A stretch of 63,408 nt of DNA, the filler included, from Pirum gemmata (taxonomy: Eukaryota): assembly GCA_002812295.1 (NCBI GenBank). It is 27 parts of 27 records of this genome, joined end to end, with 100 filler letters (N's around TTAATTAATTAA, not from the genome) between each part and the next. Parts side by side here need not be neighbours in the genome. Positions count along the whole stretch, not along the records: positions 1 to 2,162 come from PDIN01008176.1; positions 2,263 to 4,273 come from PDIN01008177.1; positions 4,374 to 6,509 come from PDIN01008178.1; positions 6,610 to 8,727 come from PDIN01008179.1; positions 8,828 to 10,975 come from PDIN01008180.1; positions 11,076 to 13,236 come from PDIN01008181.1; 21 more parts are not named here. One strand, written 5' to 3'. Below the pieces are notes generated by a model, which did no database searches, was not told where the DNA came from, and saw only the letters and a list, made by a program, of their open reading frames with translations. The position numbers and the translations under genes were made by a program. Positions within the stretch are counted from its first letter, which is position 1, and the number at the start of each line of letters is the position of its first letter. Below, in pieces: positions 1 through 11,354 of the stretch.

Positions 1-89
1 ATGATTATTATTATTATTATTATTATTGGTGATTGTTATTATTTGTTTCTTTATATTTTTAATTTTGTTTAATGGGATTAAATAATTAG

Positions 90-1017
90 ATGTTTTAAAG
101 TCGTAAATGAAAATTTGTCCATCCAAAATGCTATACACACTTTTATCGCTTCCAGTACTGCTGATTTACAAACTTTGAATCTTCGATGCCTGTCTTTTAT
201 TCTTATCAATCTTATTGAAATTCGGGGTTCCTCTTTTCATCATAGTTTTTGCCATCACTCTTTCAATGACTATTCAGATAAATATTCAGATAACAAAAAT
301 AACAACGGCAAAATCGATTATGACGATTTCAATAATAATGATGACAATAATGAAAATGAGTATAAGGATAATAAGGATAATAAGGATAATAACAATGTAA
401 ATAAGAATAAGGATAACGAGGATAATAAAAATGATGATAAGGATAATAATATGGATAATAAGAATAATAAGAATAATGAGGATAATGAGGAGAATAAGAA
501 TAATAGCAAGTATAATAAGGATAATAAGGATAATAAGGACACAAATGGTACTGGCGATATTGATAAACCTGGTGGCTTGATTGATAGTAGTATAATAAAC
601 AATAGTGAGAACATGAATATGAGTGGTAATTATAATAGCAGTAGTAACATTACCAAAGACTGTGAGTATCAACAAAAGCATAGTAATCAAGAAAACACAA
701 AGCAAAGTATCGGTGACTATAGGATGCATGCTTTTCTTCTGCCTGAATGGGTTTTTACTGAACTCTCTGATCATTTGTTTGAAGCTTATGAGTACAATAT
801 GAGAAACGTGGGTTTTTATGATGCCGATAAGCAACACGTATCAGTGCGACAGCAGAAATTTTTACATGAGAATCAAGAAGAAAGACGAAGACAAATTGGA
901 AAACTGGATGCAGAAGAAGAAACACAAAGAATGTTATTGGAACACGAACGTGTACTATTGGAACAGCAGCTGCAATCCGTGAGTGAAACTGATATCCTCG
1001 CACGGCTTTTTGGTTAG
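90..1017 (+). CDS. Probable terminal exon of a BTB/POZ(-BACK)-type protein with an Asn/Asp/Lys-rich linker and a C-terminal coiled-coil
   Basis: The ORF 115..1017 frame is open from a ttag acceptor at 88-89. CFKVVNENLSIQNAIHTFIASSTADLQTLNLRCLSFILINLIEIRGSSF resembles the BTB C-terminal/3-box pattern (C..L.ENL..ENA......A.....LK..CL.FI..N..EI). The C-terminal QEERRRQ...EHERVLLEQQLQ is coiled-coil-like. The family call is by eye. Confidence 0.5.
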
Positions 1018-1575
1018 ATTGTCATTGTAGAAAAAATATACAACAATTATCAGTTCGACAGCATAAACCTTTACAAGAGAAACGAGAAAAAAGAAGAGGG
1101 TAAAGTGGAAAACAGGAAGAAACACAAATGCTACAGAAACAATAATGTGTACTCTTGGAACAGTAGCTGCAACAAATGTATATATATATTTAAAATTAAA
1201 AATGCGTAATGCTCGAGTGAAATTGATGTCCTCGCACGGCTTTTCGAAGGCTTTTCGATTAGATTACCATTGTAAATAAAAATGTGCAACAATATTATTT
1301 TTATCAGTTCGACGGCAGGAACAAGAAAGGCGAAGACTCGAACAAGAACGTGTACTCTTGGAAGTTCAATAGAACAGCGCCTGTAATTTATAAAAGTGAT
1401 TTATAACAAGCGTGGATGGGGGTATGTCACTGTCTCTATGAGTGGCATTGAGTGCCACATTGAGTTAACTTTGAGTTATCAATATTTATTTGAATATTTT
1501 AAAAAAATATTTATAAATAATTTATAAAATCCGCGAATGAAACTGATGTCCTCGCACGGATTTTCGATTTGGTTG
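839..1575 (+). repeat. Degenerate tandem copies of the 3' end of the upstream CDS
   Basis: The motif GAAACTGAT(A/G)TCCTCGCACGG recurs at ~985, ~1219 and ~1539. TATCAGT(G/T)CGAC recurs at ~839, ~1048 and ~1302. GTGTACT(A/C)TTGGAA recurs at ~950, ~1147 and ~1350. Confidence 0.8.
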
Positions 1576-2162
1576 CAGTTTGAATCTGTTTGATTGCAGC
1601 TTTGATTGCTGTAAGTTGAAAACCCATAACTGATAAGGAATCTAGAAAAGAAATTTCGAAATTTCGCATTTTTCCGCACCTCCCAAATATTTATAATAAA
1701 TAAATATCTGTATATATATATCTGGAGATACTGGAGATCACAATCATATAGCTGTATACCGTATACGTCTATCGTCAGACGTCTATCATAATTATATATG
1801 CGCATATTTAGCTTTAGTCTACAAATTTTTTTAAAATAATAATACTATAATAATATTTTTTACATTATTACATACATATGTATTATTTTAGCTATCATAT
1901 TAATATTATTATTAAATATTATTATTTTAAAAATTTAGTACCCTGAAATTGCCTGAATATCATAGATAAATTAGGATAGGTCTATTACCACTACTACCAG
2001 TAGTAATTTATTTATTAATAAATAATATTTATAAATAAAAAAGTAATGGACTTCAAAAACAAAAAATCATTTGACGACCTTCAAATTGTATCATAAATTA
2101 CTATTATTATAATTATAGTATAATATTATCGATACATGTAACGATATAAATTTACTACTATT

Positions 2163-2262
2163 NNNNNNNNNNNNNNNNNNNNNNNNNNNNNNNNNNNNNN
2201 NNNNNNTTAATTAATTAANNNNNNNNNNNNNNNNNNNNNNNNNNNNNNNNNNNNNNNNNNNN
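2163..2262. other. Artificial contig linker N44-TTAATTAATTAA-N44 (first of 26 in the window)
   Basis: An identical 100-nt pattern recurs about every 2.2 kb (2163, 4274, 6510, 8728, 10976 ... 61168). The core encodes stops in all six frames. Confidence 0.98.
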
Positions 2263-2620
2263 TTGTTATTGTTATTGTTATTGTTATTGTTATTGTTATT
2301 GTTATTGTTATAGTTATAGTTAGTATATCGGTGTTATTGTTTTTGGTTTTTTTATTGTTGTTATTGTTATTGCTATTGTTATTGCTATTTCTATTGTTTT
2401 TGTTATTGTTATTAATATTGTTGTAATATTAATATTGTTATAATAATGTTATTGTTATTGTTATTGTTATTGTTATTGTTATTGTTATTGTTATTGTTAT
2501 TGTTATTGGAATTAGCAGGGTTTAGTATTAGATTAGTATTAATTAGTATTAGTATTAGTATTAGTATTATTGCTGCTATTACTATTAATGTATAACAATA
2601 ACAATAACAATAACAAATGG

Positions 2621-2683
2621 TTTAGGGTTTAGGGTTTAGGGTTTAGGGTTTAGGGTTTAGGGTTTAGGGTTTAGGGTTTAGGG
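2621..2683 (+). repeat. Interstitial (TTTAGGG)9 telomere-like tract
   Basis: Nine perfect heptamers. Confidence 0.95.
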
Positions 2684-3464
2684 TACAATAATTATAAGAG
2701 TCTACATATATATAATTTTATATGTATACTATATATTATATGTATCACATTCTGTTTATTACAAATTATTTTTAAAAATTTGGAATAACTTTTTTTGCTC
2801 GCACGATGGTGCTGGGAGGTGCTGGGAGGTGCACACAGTTGTGAGCACTACAATTTTTTTTTTAACTTGAAATTTTTTTGCTCCGCTAGATATTAGACTA
2901 GTGTAGTGGTTGACTCTGGAGGCTGACAAATTTTAAAACTTCCAAAACTTTCAAAAGTGGGATTACAATAAGATCACGTGTGTACACATGCAATAATAAT
3001 TGTAGACCGAAATAATAATAGGAAGAATGCAAAACTCTTAATAAAAATGGTACAACCAGTACAATTAAGAATCAACAACAAAAAAATTAATAAACAACAA
3101 CAAAAGAAAGAAAGAAGAATAAAGAAAAGAAAAGAAAAGACAAAAGCTGGGTCAGGGTATCTAAATACACTTTCTTTTTGAAGCAGAAACATCTATCTTA
3201 TGTAAATTCTCAAAATAAGAGCTTCTTGCAATTGTACTTAATGTTGTACTTGTTTTAGTCACAGCAATGAGAATCAGTTCCAACCATTTCTTTAATATAT
3301 TTATATATCTAAATATCTTAATATGCAAAGTATTAACGTTGATTATCAATTGGCACTGCATGTTCGATTTACTAAATACCGTTTTAGGAGAAAATCGTTA
3401 CAACTATATCTTAAGTAGTGAAGGAAAATGCTATTCACAACCTAAATACGTTTTGCTCTGTTCT

Positions 3465-3465
3465 G

Positions 3466-3502
<37 letters not shown>

Positions 3503-3893
3503 GCTGTTTTGTTGTCGTTGTTGTTGTTGTTGTTGTGGTGGTGGTGGTGGTGATTGTGGTGATTGTGGTGATTGTGGTGATTGTAGTGGTTGTGGTGGTT
3601 GTGGTGGTTGTGGCCGTGGCTGTGGCCGTGGCTGTGGCTGTAGCTGTAGCTGTGGCCGTGGCCGTGGCTGTGGCTGTAGCTGTGGCCGTGGTTGTGGTTG
3701 TGGTTGTGGTTGTGGTTGTGGTTGTGGTTGTGGTTGTGGTTGTGGTTGTGGTTGTGGTTGTGGTTGTGGTGGTTGTTGTTATTGTTGTGGTTGTGGTTGT
3801 TGTGGTTATTGTGGTTGTGTGGTTGTTGTGGTTGTTGTGGTTGTGGTTGTGGTTGTGGTTGTGGTTGTGGTTGTGGTTGTGGTTGTTCTGGTT
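3465..3893. repeat. Compound microsatellite (GTT)n/(GTGGTT)n/(GTGGCC)n
   Basis: Direct reading. It explains the overlapping low-complexity ORFs in 3267..3984. Confidence 0.9.
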
Positions 3894-4049
3894 TAACTCG
3901 TCCATTGTGGCCATAGTGATAATTTTCTTGAACTGAAATATTACAACCAATAATGAATAAAATTAAAATTAAAACAAAAACCAAAACCGAAATCGATACC
4001 GAAACCGAAACCGAAAAATTAGGAATATATTTTAATACTTTCTACAAAG

Positions 4050-4195
4050 CTAACAAAACCCTCCTCTAAGTCTCTGTGCTAGTTTCATATCTTTTGTCAT
4101 TATTGTTACTCGTTTTCCGTGGATAGCACACTCTTGAGAATCAGAAAATAAACTAACCAAGTAAATTTCTGCTGCTTCTTGTAGGGCTGCAACGG
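4050..4195 (-). CDS. Last exon of a divergent histone H3 variant (CenH3/CENP-A-like candidate)
   Basis: On the minus strand, after a tatag acceptor, it reads (A)[51 protein letters not shown]. This aligns colinearly with H3 [45 protein letters not shown]. Upstream exons are off-contig. Not in the ORF track. Confidence 0.9.
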
Positions 4196-4845
4196 CTATA
4201 TAAATTTCGTTACTAGTTAATATTACTATTGTTGTTTATTTTTTCTTTACAAGTTGGACTATAATAATAATAANNNNNNNNNNNNNNNNNNNNNNNNNNN
4301 NNNNNNNNNNNNNNNNNTTAATTAATTAANNNNNNNNNNNNNNNNNNNNNNNNNNNNNNNNNNNNNNNNNNNNTAATATTTAAAATAACGAACAAACAAC
4401 AACAACAACAACAACAACAAAAAAAAAAAAAGCTAGAAAACACAGTCCCAACAGATCTACTGTCAGTAGACAGGTAGCCACAATAACAACAAAATTTTAT
4501 TGTTTACAAAATTAATTGGTGTAGAGTGACCAGGTCACATAGACACCAGCCATCTTCTTTGATGAGCAAATATACAATAATAATAATAAAAAAATAAAAA
4601 AAAAATGCTGCATATATAATTATTTAATTTATATCGATAGTCTTATCGATATAATATATGATGTATAATACATTATCCACAATATTAAAATTTAAAATAT
4701 AAAAGAAATCAAAGAGAAGTCTTTTTTTGAAAAAAATAAAAAACACAAAAATTAAAGAAAATAATAATAATAATCAATAAAATAACAATAATCAATAAAA
4801 TAATAATAATATAACAAAACATTACAAAACTCCAAAAATCACACA

Positions 4846-5139
4846 ATGAAATCCGAATTTCTCTCTGCTTTTTTACTTGCAATTGTAACACCTTCTTTGA
4901 CCGCTGTTACTGTTTCCACTAATACTTACCCTGCATGTTTCTCTGGTGTAGATAGATACCAACATGTTTTGTCTCAAAAAATTTCTGAAGGCGATCAAAC
5001 AGCTATCTGTGCACAGCTTTTTAGATTGATCGAGTTTACTCACACTTATGAACCATGTTATAAATTGACACGAGACAGCGTAGATAGTAAAATCAATAAT
5101 ATTATTAATGATAATGATTTAAGCTATTGTTTTAATTAA
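4846..5139 (+). CDS. Small secreted protein (97 aa, 4 Cys), unknown function
   Basis: ATG after an A-rich leader, a signal-peptide-like N-terminus MKSEFLSAFLLAIVTPSLTA, non-repetitive composition and no intron. Confidence 0.65.
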   Translation: MKSEFLSAFLLAIVTPSLTAVTVSTNTYPACFSGVDRYQHVLSQKISEGDQTAICAQLFRLIEFTHTYEPCYKLTRDSVDSKINNIINDNDLSYCFN

Positions 5140-5673
5140 AAAAAGTATTATATTGAATGCTGGAAGCTATAATTACATTTTAACAAGCCCTCAACCCTAT
5201 AACTAACTTTGGGAAACTAGCTGGAAACTCTTAGTATTTAATGCAATGTAATTATAGGACTATTATAGCTATATAATTATAATAATTATGTATAGCTCGA
5301 AGAAACGAAAATGAACAAATTTTATGAGAGACAGAACTAGACCAGTCTCTATGTTAATATAATAAATGTATAATTATTATACAATATTATAAATAAATAT
5401 ATATAGTTTCATCATTGACATTACTGTTTAATTGATAATATTATATTATATGTATACAATTATGTAAGTAGAAATTATCAAAAAGTTTAAATTTACAAAT
5501 CAACTTTATTTTTTAATTAAGTGCCAAAAAAGGTTCATCATTCAATCATTTACAATTCGATATGTAAATTTAATAAAGAAGTAACTGTTATTATTTGTAA
5601 AATTTAATTTAAAACGTTTATTATAAAATAAAATTCCTTTTGCATCATTCGTGAAAATGGAGTGATTATTCAT

Positions 5674-6508
5674 TTATTTAGATAAAAAGGAGTTATTCTT
5701 TACTAAACCTAAATTATTTAAAACATTTAAAGAATGCTTTCTTACAGGTACCGTTTGTGAAATAGAGTTTTGTTTTTTTAAGGATAAAGTTAACGGTATG
5801 ACGTTGTTATGAGAATGAAGGGATTTACGCTTTTTTTTGTTAATCAAAATTTCGTTTTGTTGTTGTTGGTAGTGATGCAGTAACTGTTGCTGTTGTTGTT
5901 GTTGTCGAAGTTCGTGTTGTTTTTCCTTTTCTCTTGCTTGTTGCTGTCTTTCTAACAGATGTAAATAGCGTTCTTGTTGTTTTTGCATATTTTCTTGTTG
6001 TTGTCGTTGTGGTTGTGGTTTATTACGCCCAGCATGGATGTTTAAATTTTGGTACAACTCTTCACTACTACTACTACTACTACTGCTATTCAAATTGTTA
6101 TCATTCTTAAAGCTATTTTTTTGATTGTCAGTGTAATTAGTACTGTTGGTAACTCTGACTCTGAGAGTAGGCAGTTTACTGGCACTAGTACTACCAGTGT
6201 CGGTTTTTATTTCAGAAGCAAAGACATGGTCATCGTACAAATTTTCTTTTTTGTCATCATCATCACTGTAACCATCATCAGAATCTGATATCAAACTTGA
6301 AAAACTTATTCTTTCGTTGTGATAACTTAATTCACTTCCATATACATTCGAGCATTCTTCTGTGAAATTGCTATTACTACTACTAGTAGTACTACTGCCA
6401 CCACTACTACTACTACCACTACTGTTACTGCTACTATAATTATCAAACCTATTATTATTAAACCTATTATTATTAAACCTATTATTATTATTAATATTAT
6501 TATTATTA
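5674..6508 (-). CDS. 3' part of a low-complexity (Asn/Ser/Gln-rich) protein, 5'-truncated by the contig end
   Basis: The ORF 5674..6294 frame stays open to the contig edge (NNNRFNNNRFDNYSSS...EECSNVYGSELSYHNERISFSSL). It has polyQ/coiled-coil segments and a KKKRK putative NLS. Confidence 0.55.
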
Positions 6509-6609
6509 TNNNNNNNNNNNNNNNNNNNNNNNNNNNNNNNNNNNNNNNNNNNNTTAATTAATTAANNNNNNNNNNNNNNNNNNNNNNNNNNNNNNNNNNN
6601 NNNNNNNNN

Positions 6610-6703
6610 AAATTTAAAATAAAAAGTGATATAATAATAATAATGGTTATTCTTCAATAAAATGTGTAGAAAAGTATAACTATTAATATATTATATAACA
6701 ATA
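6610..6703 (+). repeat. 94-bp terminal direct repeat of the contig (second copy 8634..8727)
   Basis: The first and last 94 nt of contig 6610..8727 are identical (aaatttaaaataaaaagtgat...ttatataacaata). Confidence 0.95.
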
Positions 6704-7166
6704 AAGTTATTATTATTATTATTAAATAATGATCATGATATCTAATATATGCCCGTGTATCGTAATGACTGATAAAATCAATAATTTCATCAATTTGATA
6801 TTAATATTCCTTTATAAAACAGTACTAACGATAATAATCTTTACACAAATAAGTATACTAAAATAATTAATTGATTCAATATTCTTTTATTTATTATTAT
6901 TATAAATTCTAAAAATGATAATAATAATGATGATGATGTTTTAATGATGTTATTGATGACGATGATGATGATCATATTACAATTTAATTATTTTGTATTT
7001 CCTTGTTACTCACCAATCTACGTCCAGTTAACTAATTCTTTGGATTCTTTAACTAGCCCATCGAAATTATAGGGAAAAAGGAAATTCCATGCGAATTTCC
7101 TACAGTTGTATATAAACCTAAAGTGTAACTAATAAAACACTCTCGTTATTAATTCTCCTAATCATA

Positions 7167-7434
7167 TAGGGACTAAAGACTAAAGTACAGGGTAAGCACG
7201 GATGACGTCATAATAATTTATTTTTATTTTTCATTTTTTACTAAACTCGTTTCTTTTTTCCTCTACCTAACCCCTCTCCGTGCTAGCTAGCCTTATACTT
7301 TAGTATGGAAGAGTGGTTTCTCATTTCCTCTACCTATAAGTAACCTATGCCCGAGGTTAATATATATATGATCTATCTATCCATACATATATTATTGTGA
7401 CGTCATCCATGCTAGCCTTATTCTTTAGTCCCTA
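7167..7434. mobile_element. MITE-like element with ~45-bp imperfect TIRs, flanked by TA
   Basis: Left end TAGGGACTAAAGACTAAAGTACAGGGTAAGCACGGATGACGTCATAATAA. The right end reverse-complemented is TAGGGACTAAAGAATAAGGCTAGCATGGATGACGTCACAATAAT. No coding capacity. Confidence 0.7.
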
Positions 7435-7468
7435 GGTCTTAACTTAATTTTATAACTCTTATCGTTAT

Positions 7469-8461
7469 TCATTCTCCTAATTTAATAAGGGTCTCTAAGA
7501 ATTCATTGTGATCGATAGTAGCCCCTCCATTATGATTATAATTATCAAACACTCTAACACTCCCGCAACCTTTCCAACCTTCCTCAGCCAACCACTTCCC
7601 ATGGGAAGGGGGACAATCGGAATCATCAGATGCGTACCACACCATACGTTTCTTTACGCTTATGAGTTTATCATCAACCAACCTATGATCGACACCGGGT
7701 ACGTCCAGGGCGACATCTTCAGCGACTAGATACATCATTGCAAGAGGGGGCCAATTGGCTGCAAGAATAGACAAGTATTTGGCTTCCTTCTTGTATTCTT
7801 CATGAAATCTAGCTATTGATTTTTGCGCTGCACCCAACAAACCCATTTTCATACACCACAGTGAAAGGTTGGATGGACTGCCATAAAATCCTATAGCAGC
7901 ACCAAGAGTTGTCTGTATAAATCTCACAGAAAATGTGTTTTGCTCAATCGCTTCTGTTTTGGGTAAGGTTGGCTGTTTTCTCGGCAATTGTAGCTCCTCA
8001 GATAGAGGCAGCGGAAGATAGGGTACTCGTAGACCAAGGGAAAGAACTCGTTCACCCAAAACTTGTGCGGTTGCTGTGGCATATAGGGTACCCAAAGAAA
8101 AACCGCATAGATGAAAGCGACCGACACCTTCTTTTTCTAGTATCGGTAAAAGATCACTCGTTGGCCATTCAATCACCTTGAGACCGGGGTGAAGATCGGA
8201 ATGCCCTATTCCCGGAAGAGAAATTGTTATGACTGTATACGGAATCTTCTTGTAATCGATGAGTGTGTTTCTACTATCACTGTTGCACTCACTTTCATCA
8301 CTAGAGACGACATGATAATCAGCAATATATGCATTCACTACAATAGGTGCATTTGGATCAGTCGATCCATCTTTTGAATACGCGACTACTCGACCATCTT
8401 CAGTGCGAATATAGCAGCCTCCGGCTGCAGTGATTACGCTGGGGTCATTGTTCTTGCTCAT
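7469..8461 (-). CDS. Alpha/beta-fold hydrolase (330 aa), intronless
   Basis: N-terminal DGRVVAY, ISLPGIGHSD, nucleophile elbow GFSLG (G-x-S-x-G), candidate acid in DDSDCP and candidate His in YNHNG. Confidence 0.9.
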   Translation of the reverse strand: MSKNNDPSVITAAGGCYIRTEDGRVVAYSKDGSTDPNAPIVVNAYIADYHVVSSDESECNSDSRNTLIDYKKIPYTVITISLPGIGHSDLHPGLKVIEWPTSDLLPILEKEGVGRFHLCGFSLGTLYATATAQVLGERVLSLGLRVPYLPLPLSEELQLPRKQPTLPKTEAIEQNTFSVRFIQTTLGAAIGFYGSPSNLSLWCMKMGLLGAAQKSIARFHEEYKKEAKYLSILAANWPPLAMMYLVAEDVALDVPGVDHRLVDDKLISVKKRMVWYASDDSDCPPSHGKWLAEEGWKGCGSVRVFDNYNHNGGATIDHNEFLETLIKLGE

Positions 8462-8827
8462 TCCTCAAAACCAATTATAATTTAAATTATAATAAGGGAA
8501 GGGTTATGTTTAGGGTTAGAAGTTGAGAGTTAGTGGATGATAGAAAGGGTAAGGTAAAAAAAAATAACAGCACGAAAACTTAGAACTTAGCCTGGAAATG
8601 GAAAACGTATATATATATGTATATATTTATATAAAATTTAAAATAAAAAGTGATATAATAATAATAATGGTTATTCTTCAATAAAATGTGTAGAAAAGTA
8701 TAACTATTAATATATTATATAACAATANNNNNNNNNNNNNNNNNNNNNNNNNNNNNNNNNNNNNNNNNNNNTTAATTAATTAANNNNNNNNNNNNNNNNN
8801 NNNNNNNNNNNNNNNNNNNNNNNNNNN

Positions 8828-10453
8828 CTTGTGCCAAGGTGTGTGAGTGCAAAAAATGTCTTCCCAACCTCCATTTTTTCCACCCAAACGAGTGTGATTC
8901 TTGACATCAATTCCTGCAGCATATTCAAAGTACTCGGATGCTATTTTGGGTCTTTTTATTTCAGTACCGTTTCTAGTGATTCTTCCTTTATCACTATACC
9001 CAGGTACACCACAAGTAGAAAGAAACTGCTTGTGAGTTTTATCTTTCCAACTTGAAGCAATAAGATGAATGCCTTCACACTCAGACCCTGCTATCGAGGT
9101 ACCACCACGACCGTTGTGGTTATACTTTTCCTTCAGTTCTTTTTTAGGAAAACCTTTGCTCCCCTGTTTAATATTCATAATGGAAAAAAGACCCCTCTTC
9201 TTTAGTTCAACTGCTGTAGTTATGTTACCAAACCAACTATCAGCAATAACACACCTATTACTATCGTTCCAATACTTCGTTAACCTAACAGTAGTAGCAG
9301 CAGTTGAACCTAACTCAGGTGTTAGCTCTTTTGCACTTTGTACATCTGGTTTGTCGACTAACTCAATATTGACAACAATTAAACATTCCCCACAACAAAC
9401 ATCTTTAAATTCAACACCAATAGGTCTTGGTTTTCTTTTAAATTTTTTTTTTGCGTACAAATAGGAACTAAAACCCTTAATAATACTCTCATCACAAACA
9501 AGGTACTTACCTACTACAACTGCTGCCATCCATCTCTTGCAACAAGCATCAATGAACTTTTCAACTGAGCACAATTCATTCCCAGCTTGAGATGCAAGGT
9601 CTTCATCAAAGTCATCTAAACGTAAATAAGCTAAGATATCCTCAAACCTGTTTCTAGACATATACTTACCGAAGTCATAAGAAACGGGTACGTCTGAATC
9701 AGGTTTGGACCAATACATCCTTCTTCCTGGGTGCCGATGTACTAACATCAAACACCATAGCCCTAACCAACGATAAAACTCTCCTTTGTTTACAGGTTTC
9801 CAATTACTATTCATTTCTTCAGCATAGTCGTTCGTACAAGGTAAAATAACAGTTTCAACAAATTCAACAGGCATGAAGTGCTCAAAAAAACGAAAAATAG
9901 ACTTTGTGTGTAGGTTTGGGAGGTTTAATTTGGGTTTGTGTGCCCCAAAATCAGTTTCACCAAATTCAAACTCCTCATCTTTCTCTAAATAAGACCACTC
10001 TTCGCCTTCATACTCACTATTATCATGCTCTGACTCACTGCTGGAGCTACTAAGCTCTTGTCTCTCTAAAACCTCTTCTATATGGTCAGCTATGGGGTTG
10101 TCTCTTCCTTCATCTCCATTTTCATAATTTTGGTTACTTTGGCTTCCATCACTCGAAAAACCATCTTCATCGTTAGAAGACCCACTGTGTTGTGGATTTT
10201 TCGAAACCCGGGGTCTTTTACTTCTAAACCCACTATAGCCTTGACGGTCTACTTCGTACAACATCACATCCTCGATATTTACTTCTTCTAATTCACCATC
10301 AATATCCATTTTGACAATGCAATAAGTCTTATATTTTCTTTGGACTACACCAGGAAGTTTCTTTTCAGGGTCTATATCCTGCTCTTGACACCACCCAAGC
10401 CCAAAATTACGAGCAAGTACATAAACACGTGCTCCTTTACCTTTCGAAGCCAT
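8828..10453 (-). CDS. piggyBac-family DDD transposase (PGBD / DDE_Tnp_1_7 type), 3'-truncated by the contig end
   Basis: Uninterrupted ORF of about 540 codons with EFYRWLGL, MSRNRFEDILAYL, VCDESIIK, KRKPRPIG, IADSWFG and YFEYAAGIDVKNH, which carry the three catalytic Asp positions. Confidence 0.93.
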
Positions 10454-10652
10454 TTTGAAATCTACTCAATTTATTTCTGATTTTGAGATTTTGAAATGAA
10501 AATGAAAAATTACTTTTATTGAATAACAATAAATAGAACTATAAATAGGTAAAATGAAAAAAATTCCATTTGGAATATAAAAATATAGGCTTTTTCCCAG
10601 CATGTTAAACAAAAAAAAAATTAAAAAATGACGAACGTACAGTGTTTGATGA

Positions 10653-10715
10653 TGTCCCTATAGGTACATTAATTGTACCTATAGGTACAAATGGGCGATT
10701 TATCATTAGGGTTAG
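10653..10715 (-). mobile_element. Putative 5' terminus of the piggyBac element with two subterminal palindromes
   Basis: The minus strand reads CTAA|CCCTAATGATAAATCGCCCATT, then the perfect 16-bp palindrome TGTACCTATAGGTACA (10674..10689) and a one-mismatch copy (10653..10668). It lies ~250 bp upstream of the transposase ATG. Confidence 0.5.
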
Positions 10716-11354
10716 GTTCAAGGAACGTACTTTAACACTTAAATGACAAAATTTTAGAATGACGTAAAAGTCATATAGGTTTATAATAAAAATGAACCTT
10801 TTGACTTATAAAATTTTAAAGCAACTATAAATAAAGAAAATCAAGAATCATCCGTATTATAATAATATCCGTATCATATATGCAGCAGTGTATAATGCTG
10901 AGGTGAAAAAAAACTTAAAAAAAAAATTAAAAAAAAATTATTTTTTATTTCTTATTTTTTTGTGATAAAAATGGTNNNNNNNNNNNNNNNNNNNNNNNNN
11001 NNNNNNNNNNNNNNNNNNNTTAATTAATTAANNNNNNNNNNNNNNNNNNNNNNNNNNNNNNNNNNNNNNNNNNNNAAAAAAATCGATCTCTTTTTTTTTT
11101 TGTCTATTTATTTAGTAACTCGATTTTTTTTTTTTTTTTTTTACATCCCACTTGTGGGATGTAACGTTCCATATTTGTAAATTATTATTACCTGACCTAA
11201 ATTCAAGTATGGTTAAAATATAGTGTAGTTAGTTCTACATTGTCTACCCCTGTGACCTGTCTACCTTTCTAACGTAATGTAAGTGTAATGTATCGCATTG
11301 AATCCCGAATTCAGCGAATTCCCGATGCCATCCCATAACTTTAAGCTTACAAAA

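Noticed and set aside
3267..3984. Cys/Gly-rich, poly-Val, poly-Thr and His/Asn ORFs (metallothionein- or mucin-like appearance)
   Set aside because: All frames are open only because the GT-rich microsatellite lacks stops. There is no unique coding content.
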